Origin: Nitrosopumilus sp.
GTDB taxonomy: Archaea > Thermoproteota > Nitrososphaeria > Nitrososphaerales > Nitrosopumilaceae
NCBI GenBank assembly: GCA_965205425.1
Contig: CBDBGZ010000005.1
Span: 160,001-224,000, forward strand
Direction of reading: 5' to 3'
Length of the DNA: 64,000 nt
Shown piece after piece: positions 53,358 to 63,640 of the stretch (within the stretch, counting starts at the first letter, position 1; each line of letters begins with the position of its first letter). The position numbers and the translations under genes are program-made. The notes under the pieces were generated by a model. The model was given only the letters and a program-made list of their open reading frames with translations. It made no database searches and was not told the DNA's origin.

Positions 53358-53675
53358 CTAATGTGTTTCTATCTTAATTTCTCCATTACAAATAGGAATA
53401 TTCCCAGTTTGATTTTTAAAATCTTCAATTAATTGCAGTTTCATCTCTTTTGGATTATCTGAAAATACTCTCTGATAGAATGATGTTTTTTGTTTACATT
53501 CATCGCCTTCAAATTCTGTATCTACATATTTTGCGAATTTTGCTTCCAGGCTATCTGTTTCTCCAATGAATATTGCATCTCGATTTCTATTATACAAGAC
53601 ATATACTCCTGGGTTTGGTTTCACATATTGGGAGCTATCTGTCCATACTCTCATTTTATCATCTAATAATTCCAT
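53358..53675 (-). CDS. small GIY-YIG-like protein
   Basis: PGVYVLY...IFIGET...CN. Confidence 0.65.
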   Translation of the reverse strand: MELLDDKMRVWTDSSQYVKPNPGVYVLYNRNRDAIFIGETDSLEAKFAKYVDTEFEGDECKQKTSFYQRVFSDNPKEMKLQLIEDFKNQTGNIPICNGEIKIETH

Positions 53676-53774
53676 GATCTAACATAGTAATACTAGATAT
53701 TAAACTAGATTACAAAAATTATGATACTCCAATAACCCTTATGCTTTTAATACTAAGTAAAAAAAGATGTAATC

Positions 53775-55454
53775 CTGTCTTTACTAGAAAAATTCCCGGA
53801 TCATTTTACTCCTAGAGGAATTCAAAAAGAGATCATTTCTCAAATAGAAGAGAAATTTAAATCTGGATTCAAGAAAATTATTTTATGTGCACCTACGGGT
53901 GTTGGGAAATCTCTTGTAGGTGCCACTATCTCAAATTACTTTGATAGCTCATTCACAGTAACTGCATCAAAACATCTTCAAGATCAATATATCAAAGATA
54001 TCCCCTTTCTGAAACCTGTCAAAGGTAAGCAAAATTTTTCCTGTCTGAAACTTATGGAATCTGAAAAAGTTGATAATGATAGAAGGGCTATGAGATGGGG
54101 TTTAACTTGTGATAAAGGTGAATGTCAAGAAAGAGTCTCAAAAAATGGTAAAGAAGTCTTTGACGTCTGTAAATTCAAGCCTACACTAAAACAAGTAGAA
54201 GATAACACTACTGATGCCAAATCATGTCATTACTATATGCAAAAATATGATGCCCTAGTTTCCAATCACTCTCTTTGGAATTACCATGCATTTTTTACTA
54301 TTATGAAATTCAACAAAAAACTCTTTGAGGACTATCTTGATAGAAAAGTAACTGTTTTTGATGAAGCTCATAAAATTGAAGATCAAATTATTCAGTTTGT
54401 TGGTTTTGATATTTTTGCAGGTCAAGTTGATGAATGTAATCTAAATTCAGAAAAATATGATTTTACCGATTTGGATTCTATGATTCAGTTAACTGATGAT
54501 ATGGCATTTTCATATGCCAAAAAAATTAAAGATATCAAAGAAAGTGCATCTTTTCAAAATGATCCTGATTATGAATTACTTACAGGATTAGAAAGAAGAC
54601 ATGATAGATCTGCACAGGCTAAAATTGATATTATGACTGACAAGGATAATTTTATTGTAAATGATCCTGTTAAAGATTTGAATGGAAATTTTAGAACAAT
54701 TTCTGTTAAACCTATTGATGTTTCAAAGTTTGCAAATTCTTTTTTTGAAACAGAATATCAATTATTCATGTCTGCTACAATTGACAAAAATAGTTTTTGT
54801 GAAAATATGGGATTGGTAAAAGATGATGTTGCATTTGTTGATACACCAAAATCTCCTTTTCCAATTGAACATAGAAGTATAGATCTTCTAAACATTAAGA
54901 GACTTAGCTATGGCTCTACTGAAGAAGATGAACTTGAAGTCATTAAAACAATTGATAGAATAATGGATGAACATTCAAACGAGCGTGGGTTAATACTTAC
55001 CTCATCGATTCCTAGATGTCAAAAGATTATCCGCTATCTTTCTCCAAAAAATACTCAAAGAATTAGACTATGTCATAGTAAAAACAAGGATGACAAAACT
55101 CAGGATGAGGTCATTTCTGAACATGCAACTGATCCTACCGGAGTTCTATTGTCTTCTTCTTTGTGGGAAGGTGTTGATTTGAAAGATGATTTATCTAGGT
55201 TTCAAATTATTGCTAAAGTCCCATACCCTAATTATACTGAAAAGAGAACAAGAGCAAAAATGAATAAATTCCCTTTATGGTATACTTCACAAACGTTAAC
55301 AAAAATTCTACAAGGATTTGGTCGTTCGATTCGAGGTGATGATGATTGGGCAAAAACATATGTTTTGGATACAGCCGTAAACAATGTCTTCTTTAAAGGT
55401 CAACCAATGATTCCAAAAGCATACTATGATGTTTTAGGTATGGATAGTATTTGA
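53775..55454 (+). CDS. DinG/Rad3-type ATP-dependent helicase (inferred CTG start)
   Basis: In-frame APTGVGKS upstream of ATG 54054; DEAH, MSAT, WEGVD, QGFGRSIR. Confidence 0.88.
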   Translation: MSLLEKFPDHFTPRGIQKEIISQIEEKFKSGFKKIILCAPTGVGKSLVGATISNYFDSSFTVTASKHLQDQYIKDIPFLKPVKGKQNFSCLKLMESEKVDNDRRAMRWGLTCDKGECQERVSKNGKEVFDVCKFKPTLKQVEDNTTDAKSCHYYMQKYDALVSNHSLWNYHAFFTIMKFNKKLFEDYLDRKVTVFDEAHKIEDQIIQFVGFDIFAGQVDECNLNSEKYDFTDLDSMIQLTDDMAFSYAKKIKDIKESASFQNDPDYELLTGLERRHDRSAQAKIDIMTDKDNFIVNDPVKDLNGNFRTISVKPIDVSKFANSFFETEYQLFMSATIDKNSFCENMGLVKDDVAFVDTPKSPFPIEHRSIDLLNIKRLSYGSTEEDELEVIKTIDRIMDEHSNERGLILTSSIPRCQKIIRYLSPKNTQRIRLCHSKNKDDKTQDEVISEHATDPTGVLLSSSLWEGVDLKDDLSRFQIIAKVPYPNYTEKRTRAKMNKFPLWYTSQTLTKILQGFGRSIRGDDDWAKTYVLDTAVNNVFFKGQPMIPKAYYDVLGMDSI

Positions 55455-55462
55455 TTAAAAAA

Positions 55463-55663
55463 TTAAAATTTTCTTTCTGAACAATTGCATTTTACATAAA
55501 CCATTTTGAATTCTCCATCTGATTTTACGTTATGTGACATTGGTTTTCTGCATTGTTGGCATTCATTAAATCCAAAATATTCTTCAACTTTAATGATTTT
55601 GTAATCCCATGATTTTCTCTCTTCGTTCCAAAATACCGAATTTATTTCAGATGGTCCATCCAT
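55463..55663 (-). CDS. small Cys-rich hypothetical protein
   Basis: CQQC and CNC. Confidence 0.7.
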   Translation of the reverse strand: MDGPSEINSVFWNEERKSWDYKIIKVEEYFGFNECQQCRKPMSHNVKSDGEFKMVYVKCNCSERKF

Positions 55664-55697
55664 ATATTCAATAAATTTAGATTCATTAATTAATTTT

Positions 55698-55910
55698 CTA
55701 TTTATTCAGATTTTTAAAATCTAAACATTTTTGATTAAATTCGTTAAGATATTGTTTTGCGTTAATTTGGGAATCTATAATGTATAATTCACATGTTTCA
55801 GAGTCTATCATCTGATTTGAATTGTTACTGTTGGCCATTACTTGGATTGCAAGAATGGTGACTAGTGCTATGATGACAATTATTGCAAATTTCCTAGAGT
55901 AAATATCCAT
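55698..55910 (-). CDS. small membrane-anchored protein
   Basis: N-terminal TM, two Cys. Confidence 0.65.
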   Translation of the reverse strand: MDIYSRKFAIIVIIALVTILAIQVMANSNNSNQMIDSETCELYIIDSQINAKQYLNEFNQKCLDFKNLNK

Positions 55911-55955
55911 TAATTTTCCTTGATAATTTCTAACTTAAGTTTAATCCTTGGAATT

Positions 55956-56171
55956 TTATTTTCTATTTGTTAAAATATCTATGATTTCAGTATTGGTTTT
56001 AATCCAAATTTTTAGATATGGTAAAAACAAATCTTCCAATTCATCCATTGGTAAATCCTTGTATCTTGGGTCTGCACGAAGATCATCGAATTGTTCATGT
56101 AATTGTTCCAAATTCTCTTGTTGTTGTTTATTATCACTCTGTAATTTTTCAACTGCTTCCAAAATACCCAT
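55956..56171 (-). CDS. hypothetical protein
   Basis: 71-aa helical ORF. Confidence 0.6.
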   Translation of the reverse strand: MGILEAVEKLQSDNKQQQENLEQLHEQFDDLRADPRYKDLPMDELEDLFLPYLKIWIKTNTEIIDILTNRK

Positions 56172-56188
56172 ATTTTTTTAATGATATA

Positions 56189-57263
56189 TAGCGACGATCA
56201 AAAGTTCGCAAACATCTTTGCAGGATTTCTAAAGATATAATTTGCAACATCAAGCTTGAACTTTGTCACTCTGAAATATTTTGACACTGCCTTGTTCATT
56301 ATTGTAAACATTGCATAATACTCTGAAACCAACAATGCATATTTGCTTATCTTCCAGCACTGCTCTATCATGTTCTTCAAATATGGTGATCCCTTTGGCA
56401 ACCAGATTAGTTTGACATCTCTATTGTTTGCAAGGTATTCCTTTACCTTCTTTGATTTGTGAACTGATGCTCTATCTAAAATGATTGCAATCTTGCCGTA
56501 TTTCTGATGCAATTCCTTTAGGTACTCTACAAATGTCACAGCGTTGAATTTGTCATAAACTCTGAATAGTTGATTGCCATTTTCTGTAATTGTACCATAC
56601 ACTGCCAGACTCTCATGTCGTCCTGTATATGGAAGAAATATTCTCTTGGCAACTGGTGACCAGTACTTTTTTCCTGTTTTTGTATCCCTTACAAAGAATG
56701 CTTCATCTGCCATTGCAATGGTAAAACCATCTTCTTTTAGGCGTGAAATTCTCTTTTTGGTGCGTTGCTGCCAGCTTCTCACAGCAGATATACTTGCATG
56801 GTTGATGTGATATTTTTGTGCAGTTTTTGCAGACATGCCGTATTGGTGCATTATCTTTCTGATGTGGGTTATGTGAAATTTTACTCCAGTGGAATAAAAG
56901 ATACTTTGTTGCAACATTATGGGGGTAAACAAAGTTAGCATTGCTTTTGACATGATAGCATCCATTCGAGTCTGGGAGATTGTTCTTGGCCTGCCACTTC
57001 TTGGGAGATCGTAGAGGCCATCTATCTCAAAACGACTCGTCCATTTTCTCACCCAGCTTGTGCAGTGTCTTTGCAGTGTGTTCTAATTCCTTACCATCTT
57101 TTAGAATCATCAACACTGCAAGCATCATTACTGCAACCTTGGAGTTTTTTTTGTATGCTGCTTTCAAGGGATTCTAACTTGTTCATCAAATTTTACCATA
57201 CATAGTGATCAAAAAGTTTTTTGTTTTGGAATTATTTAGTTCACGAACTTTATCTTTTCGCTA
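56189..57263 (-). mobile_element. IS630-family element A (degenerate)
   Basis: TA-flanked ends TAGCGACGATCAAAAGTTCG / CGAACTTTATCTTTTCGCTA. Confidence 0.85.
56198..57199 (-). pseudogene. IS630 transposase with frameshifted N-terminus
   Basis: ADEAFF, LDRASVH, LPKGSPYL..IE; N-terminal part lies in other frames. Confidence 0.8.
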
Positions 57264-57365
57264 TACTACTCTAAATTCCTCCTTTTTTGATAAAAGCCAT
57301 GTTTTGAATTATCATAATGTCATTTTTATCGATTTTGCTTATTTTATGCGTATAATGTTGCTGAA

Positions 57366-57608
57366 TCATATTATTTTTTCAATCTCCTCGATTTTGTCAT
57401 GGTTTAACGAATATTGAAATCCATATCCTGTAGGATGCCTCAAAACCAAATTCATTTTCACTAATTTCTTCATTGATTTTTCTACATCTCCTTTGACATG
57501 AGATGGAAATCCTCTTTTCAAATCATCTAATCCAGGATGTTTTCCACCACAAACATTATGCAGTAACATTTTCTTGAGAATCTTTTTTGATACTGAATCT
57601 AATGTCAT
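57366..57608 (-). CDS. small archaeal winged-helix-like protein
   Basis: GGKH...KRGFPSH.KG...PTGYG..YSLN. Confidence 0.7.
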   Translation of the reverse strand: MTLDSVSKKILKKMLLHNVCGGKHPGLDDLKRGFPSHVKGDVEKSMKKLVKMNLVLRHPTGYGFQYSLNHDKIEEIEKII

Positions 57609-57710
57609 TATGTAATTAAATACATAACAACTATATTAGTATTATGAAACTAATTACATAATATTAAGGAACTAAGTAAATAATAAATAGATGGAAATGT
57701 TACCAGTGAC

Positions 57711-58064
57711 ATGATGTCTGAAACAGTATCTAAAACAATCGCTGAGTCTGATGGGAAAGTTCTGGAACTTGGACCATTAGAAGATACATTTCCATGTTCC
57801 AGATCAAAGATTCTGGACTTTCTAATTGTGTTTGATGATTATGACTATTCGATTTCAGATATTGCGAGACATTCTGGAATATCATTCAAAACTGCTCTGA
57901 ATGAAGTACGAACACTTGAATCAGAATCTCTCATAACAAGAACCAGGAGATCAGGTAAGGCAATAATGTACAAACTTAATTTGGATTCAAAACAGGTCCA
58001 ACTAACCAGTCAACTTGCAAAAGAGATTGCAGTTAGACGGATAAAAGAATCAAAGAAAAAATAA
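57711..58064 (+). CDS. winged-helix DNA-binding protein
   Basis: SISDIARHSGISFKT...TRRSGKAIMYKLN. Confidence 0.8.
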   Translation: MMSETVSKTIAESDGKVLELGPLEDTFPCSRSKILDFLIVFDDYDYSISDIARHSGISFKTALNEVRTLESESLITRTRRSGKAIMYKLNLDSKQVQLTSQLAKEIAVRRIKESKKK

Positions 58065-58215
58065 TCTAAGGTTTATTTTTAATTAATGCTTTGATTTGAA
58101 AAATACTAATCAGGAATTTGTACTATATGAAAATTATGTCGCTTATCCATTTGTATCCTCTTTGGCCCAATTGGGGTTATCATCTCTGATCGTTTTTGTG
58201 GCAATTCTGTATGTA

Positions 58216-59361
58216 TAGTTTAGGCATATAAATTTTGAATAAACTGTCAAGTATTTTAACCCAAAAGATCTAGATCGTAGAATCAATTCATGAAACCATG
58301 TCAAAGAGTACAAGACAATCCAAGGTTTCCTCTGGGAATCAATTCATGAAAGGTACAAGCATTAATTTTTTAAGAAAAACATGCAAGAATGAAAAAAATG
58401 CAAAAGCAAAGATAAGACTAAAGGCTGCAATACTAAGAAAACAAAATATTCCGTATTCTGTGATATGTGCAAGTCTGGATGTCATACCATCAACTCTGTC
58501 CTACTGGCTAAATCGAATGGATGAAGAGGGAATATCTGCATCACGCCGCAAGAAATATTCTGGTTCTAGATGTTTTCTAAATGAAAAACAACTAGTATCA
58601 TTAAGAAATGATCTGATTTCAGGTCCAGAAAAGTTTGGATTTAACCAATTCATGTGGAGTACAAGAATGGTAATTACACATGTGAATAAAAAATACAACA
58701 CCCTATACTCTGCAAGAGGAATGCGTGAATTGCTGCACAGAATTGGATTCTCATCAAAAAAACCACGTCCCACACATCACAAATCAGCCTCAAAAGAGGA
58801 ACAAACCCGTTTTAAAAAAACGCAAAAAGGAGTATCAAAAAATATTCCAAATTGGGATACACCACACTATGTCTGGATGAGTCAACAAACAAGATAGCAC
58901 CTAACATAAAGCGCGGATGGTATCTTGCAGGCAATAACATTACCACACCAATTAATTACACTCGAGAAAAATTTCAATCATTTGGTGCATTGGGGGATGA
59001 CGGCGTATTTTTTTGTAGGTTCTATGATAAATCAAACACAGACTCATTTCTTGATTTCTTAAAATCCTTGCAGAAACAATTTGGCAAGAAACTGTTATTA
59101 TTTGCAGACAATGCATCATACCACAAAAGTGTCAGAGTAAAAGAATTTCTCAAGGTATCAAAAAGAAATGTAATCATAAGATATTTTCCTGCATACACCC
59201 CAGAACTCAATCCAATTGAGGTACAGTGGAGAGAAGAGAAAAATGGTAATGCCAATACATTCTTTGCAAATGGAACTGAGATGAGAAAACACATGCAGAA
59301 GAGACTAGATAATGGAGACGTTCGAGTTGTGAAATTATTCAAATATTTAATGCCTTAACTA
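58216..59361 (+). mobile_element. IS630-family element B
   Basis: TIRs TAGTT(T/A)AGGCAT..., TA duplication on both sides. Confidence 0.9.
58298..59358 (+). CDS. IS630 transposase, OrfA/OrfB joined by a probable -1 frameshift
   Basis: HTH ORF 58298-58897, DDE ORF (LDES, DNASYH, PELNPIE) in -1 frame; TTTAAAAAAAC at 58811-58821. Confidence 0.88.
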
Positions 59362-59411
59362 TATCAAGCACTTTAGATGTATTTTGCCATCTCAGAAAAC
59401 ATATTCAACTC

Positions 59412-60731
59412 CAGTAGATGGGAAAGTAACTCAATTTAGATCAAAAACTATCAATTATTCAATCAATCTATTCAGATAGAAAAAGCTTGATGTAAGTATG
59501 TCACTCCATCAAATATGCATTGTACTTCATTTGATACCATGACACACCAAGGCGTGATACTATCTAAAGCATTTGATATTGTCGCTAAAATAATGTACAA
59601 TATCTTGTTGTTTCCATGCTCTAGTAAAAATAACTCACGGTTCCATAATGCTGATGCACACAATTCTGTCATGTCATTGTGTTTGGGAAATTCATATTCT
59701 GAATCTGGATTAAAGAGACTGGCAATGGAATCAGATAATGCTTCTCCAACGGGTTTCATGGTTGAGAAAAATCATATCAAAAATATCACAAAAAACAATG
59801 CAAATTCAATTACATCGTTCACTGGATAGTACCATATCAAAATTACAAGAATTGGGAGTATTGGAGCAACCAGTTACTGTAGCAATTGACAAACATCTAA
59901 TCCCAAGATATGACAAATTGCCAAACCATTCTTTAATAAAATCAAAATCAAAAAACAGTACTACTCATTTTGAGAGTTACTGCACCATGCAGTGCGTTGA
60001 AAAAAGAATCAGGGCTCAATTAGGTTGTTATCCTTTGTATGACAACAAATCAAATGCCGGTTTTGTGCGTAAATTACTCTCTGATGGCATCAATAATGGA
60101 ATCAAGATTAAACTATTGCTAGTGGATAGGGAGTTTTTCACAGCTGGAACAATTTCAGAAATAAAACAAAAGAATTTAAAATTTCTAATGCCTGCAAAAA
60201 AGAATTCTCGAATCAAAGATGCAATTGTACAATACGTTAATGGAGATAGAAAGTCAATCTCGCCATACACAATAAAATCATCATCAGGACATGTAGAATC
60301 ATTTAATCTAGTTATTCTGCCAAACAAAAATGCAAGAAAAAAATCAGATATTATTGATCAGTATGTTGTGTTTGCAACAAACGTTTCACCAAAAGAAATA
60401 TCATATAACATACAAAACATTCCAACTGATTACAAGAAACGTTGGGGGATTGAAACAGGCTATGCATGTGTGGGAAGGTTCAGACCAAAAACCACCAGTT
60501 CAAACCAATCCATAAGATTGTTGTATTTTTACTATTCCTTGATTTTGTACAATGCATGGATAATTGCTAATTTGATTATCTCAGAAGAAACCAATGTACA
60601 AAATCACAAACCAATAATATCAATTGAAATTCTCAAATATTTCTTTGTAAAGATAATTATTCATTACCTTAGAAATAACAAAAATAATTATTTCCTAGAA
60701 TGTGTAATTTGATGTACTTTCCCATCTACTG
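59412..60731 (+). mobile_element. ISH3-family element, copy 3 (1320 bp)
   Basis: TIR CAGTAGATGGGAAAGTA; flanks AACTC/AAATC are not a perfect duplication. Confidence 0.92.
59515..60712 (+). CDS. ISH3-family transposase split over two frames
   Basis: ORFs 59515-59829 and 59738-60712. Confidence 0.8.
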
Positions 60732-60757
60732 AAATCTAATATTGCATATATTAATTC

Positions 60758-60943
60758 ATGAAACAAGATTCATGTAGACGTTGTGGAAACGAATTAGAAG
60801 TAAACAAAAAATGTGATGTTTGTAATGAGGTAAATCAATTTTATTGTCATGAATGTGGATTTGTTTCTGAAGAACAAATTCATTTTCAATGTCTGATGAT
60901 TAGTATGGATCATGCATTATTATCAAATCAAGTTCAGAAATAA
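60758..60943 (+). CDS. small multi-CxxC zinc-finger protein
   Basis: CRRC, CDVC, CHEC. Confidence 0.8.
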   Translation: MKQDSCRRCGNELEVNKKCDVCNEVNQFYCHECGFVSEEQIHFQCLMISMDHALLSNQVQK

Positions 60944-60972
60944 TTTACAGAATATTTTTAGAATCAATCTTT

Positions 60973-61323
60973 TTATTCATTCCATATTGATTGAGTTTTT
61001 AGCCATGCGATAAGATCTTGGTATAATTTGCTTTTTTGCATGTTTAGTACTCCGATTTCTAAATTTGTTGATGATTTTACTGTCTTTGTATAATTTTCAT
61101 ATGTTGCAAAAATTATTTTATCTAAAAACATCTCATTTTGCATCTCTTTTTTTGCTAATTCTTCAGATTCAGCCATAGCAAAACTGGCAAACAATACTCC
61201 ATCAACCCAGTAAGCGTTCGCAGCCTCTAGAGATGACATCATACCAATAAGATCATCCAAACTAAGTTTTATCATGTCTCTGACATAGATTCTGTCATAT
61301 GGTTTATGGATAAATTCTGTCAT
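60973..61323 (-). CDS. hypothetical protein
   Basis: 116-aa ORF. Confidence 0.8.
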   Translation of the reverse strand: MTEFIHKPYDRIYVRDMIKLSLDDLIGMMSSLEAANAYWVDGVLFASFAMAESEELAKKEMQNEMFLDKIIFATYENYTKTVKSSTNLEIGVLNMQKSKLYQDLIAWLKTQSIWNE

Positions 61324-61392
61324 GAGATGTCATTTTTGTTTGGCTTAAAGAATATTTGGAAATTTTATAACTAGTTTCACTAAATTGATTTC

Positions 61393-61620
61393 ATGAACAA
61401 CACTGATGAATCATCTAAACATGAGATGTTTGTAACTGAATTCCCAAAACAAGGGTTTGGAATAGTAGATTATCTTCAAGGAAGAGTTCATTTTTCTCTA
61501 ATGGATCAGATGAAACTAATGCATAAATCTGGAATGAGTCAAGAGGAAATAAAAAAAACAATAATTGCTAGTGTAACTGAGATTGTTGAAAATTTTGAAC
61601 CTGAATCAAAAAGTCCTTGA
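61393..61620 (+). CDS. hypothetical protein
   Basis: 75-aa ORF. Confidence 0.65.
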   Translation: MNNTDESSKHEMFVTEFPKQGFGIVDYLQGRVHFSLMDQMKLMHKSGMSQEEIKKTIIASVTEIVENFEPESKSP

Positions 61621-61871
61621 TTCCATTTTTGAAGATTCTGCCATGATTATTTTATGACATTGGCAATAACAATTAGTATGTGGCATGTCGTTATCCATTC
61701 TATACTTGCATTCTTTGGTATAGCGAAAAGACAAAGTTCGTGAACTAAATAATTTCAAAAAACTAGGAATCAGTTGATCTTGCCTATAGGTAAATACGAA
61801 TAAACAAATTGAAACACCTAAAAAATAACTCACGAACTTATGCTTCTCGCTATATGTTCTATCATTGCCAT
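61606..61871 (-). pseudogene. 43-aa Cys/His microprotein gene interrupted by MITE
   Basis: Removing the MITE gives MAMIEHTKECKYRMDNDMPHTNCYCQCHKIIMAESSKMESRTF*. Confidence 0.6.
61721..61852. mobile_element. IS630-related MITE, copy 3 (diverged, 132 bp)
   Basis: TAGCGAAAAGACAAAGTTCGTGAACTA...TTCTCGCTA, TA-flanked. Confidence 0.88.
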
Positions 61872-61932
61872 TTAGATGATAATCCATTTGTTGTTTCAAA
61901 TTTATAATCTTCTTAAAATATTGATTTTTGTT

Positions 61933-62325
61933 TTATTGTTTAGTAGGATCCTTGCTCAAAATATTCAACACATGTTCAATAATCTGTTTTTGACCTCCTT
62001 CATGTACATCTGTTCTTACTACATCTGAACCCATACTAACAAAAATTAAATTTTTATCACCTAGTGGAAATGTCATTCTTGTAATTTTTTCAAATGTTGC
62101 AACTGCATACAATCCATGACCTATTTTTGGAGCCAATTCATTCCTACCTTTCCATGCTACTGATGCTCTCTTCAATGATGCAGCTGTTTCTTCTGTCGAT
62201 AGATAATTTGTAATCCCTTCTCTGTGACTTGTGGCTAAAATATTGCCCTCACTATCTGTAACTAGACTATGTCTAATATTTACATCCGAATTCATTATTC
62301 TTTTCAAGAGATTTTCAAAATTCAT
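61933..62325 (-). CDS. roadblock/DUF6659-like protein
   Basis: IRHSLVTDSEGNILA...FEKITRMTFPL. Confidence 0.75.
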   Translation of the reverse strand: MNFENLLKRIMNSDVNIRHSLVTDSEGNILATSHREGITNYLSTEETAASLKRASVAWKGRNELAPKIGHGLYAVATFEKITRMTFPLGDKNLIFVSMGSDVVRTDVHEGGQKQIIEHVLNILSKDPTKQ

Positions 62326-62384
62326 CTCAATTTGTTACGTCAAAATAATACTTAAGATCTACCTCTAAAACCATACGTAGGTTC

Positions 62385-62543
62385 TTATTCTGATGATAAT
62401 TTACATTCAAAATATTCTGTTATCGTATTGTTGAAATCTTCTAGTTGTTGTTGATCTGCAAATCCTGATTTTTCAAGCAATTTCCACGATTTTTCTATTT
62501 CTTCTTTTAACACATACAAAGTTCGCTTATCATCACAGTGCAT
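62385..62543 (-). CDS. 52-aa hypothetical protein
   Basis: MHCDDKRTLYVLKEEIEKSWKLLE... Confidence 0.55.
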   Translation of the reverse strand: MHCDDKRTLYVLKEEIEKSWKLLEKSGFADQQQLEDFNNTITEYFECKLSSE

Positions 62544-62581
62544 ATTGTTATTATTTCAAAATAGAATTTAATCTTTGTAGT

Positions 62582-63640
62582 CTATAATGTAGATTCAACA
62601 GGGACTGATATTTTCTTTTTAGCTAATTTTACAGCTAGTATTCCCATTATGGCCCCAGGTATGCTCATCCATCCTAAAATCATTAGCAGTGTTTCTGAAA
62701 ATTCTGGTAATAGAGAATACCCTGACACTCCACTGAATACATAAAATTGAATGTATGCCATTCCCACTAATGGCATGCTATACACTAAGAATACAGCTCC
62801 AACTATGGCCCCAGATGCTATCTCGCCAAATTTACCAATTTTAATTTTATTTGTTAAAATCCCGTCTGCAATTATTGCAACAATCATTGGTAAAACATAC
62901 CATGGTAAATAATTCCACAAGGCCTCTGCAGGAATCACATTTGCTGTAATGTTAAAAAATATCAGTAATGCTGTCACCGAACTTGCCCAACCAAATTTTC
63001 TCATTGACTTTGATGCTCCCCAGAAAATTAATGCGCTGAAAAATGGCATAGTTACTGCTAAAATAACTCCTGCAACATATGGATCTGGATTAAGATTTAT
63101 CGTTTCTCCTTTAGATATTGGCAAAGTGAATTGGAAAATAAACGCAATAACGATAAACCATAATGCTGAAAATGAAACTACTGTTGCAGGTTTTACAATT
63201 TTGAAATTATGTGGAATCAATCTTGTTAATCCCACCATAATTCCTACTGATTGTATCAATATACCTGTGATTAAAGTAAGATGAGTTGGACTAAGTAATC
63301 CATCCGTTCCAAACAATTCGTGCCATGTATAGTCACTTGGCCCTGCAAAGATCTGAATTACACTTCCAACTATGATTAGCTTCATTCCTAATGATAGTGA
63401 CGAATTACGTAATTCTCGATTTTTAAATAATGTCACACTTGCAAGAATTGCTGCAATTACTCCAATTCCAACTCCTGAATACAATACTGTGTGTGGTGGT
63501 GAAAAAAATGTCTCAGGTGCTCCAAGTAAATGAGTTGTTATGTCCCAACTTCCGCCCCAAATTTCTAAAACACTTCCTACTAATGATAAAATGAAAATAA
63601 ATACAATAATTTTTGATGGTTTGTTCATACACACAAACAA
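62582..63640 (-). CDS. multi-pass membrane protein with two D-x3-H-x12-H motifs
   Basis: DITTHLLGAPETFFSPPH and DYTWHELFGTDGLLSPTH; about 10 hydrophobic segments. Confidence 0.85.
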   Translation of the reverse strand: MFVCMNKPSKIIVFIFILSLVGSVLEIWGGSWDITTHLLGAPETFFSPPHTVLYSGVGIGVIAAILASVTLFKNRELRNSSLSLGMKLIIVGSVIQIFAGPSDYTWHELFGTDGLLSPTHLTLITGILIQSVGIMVGLTRLIPHNFKIVKPATVVSFSALWFIVIAFIFQFTLPISKGETINLNPDPYVAGVILAVTMPFFSALIFWGASKSMRKFGWASSVTALLIFFNITANVIPAEALWNYLPWYVLPMIVAIIADGILTNKIKIGKFGEIASGAIVGAVFLVYSMPLVGMAYIQFYVFSGVSGYSLLPEFSETLLMILGWMSIPGAIMGILAVKLAKKKISVPVESTL

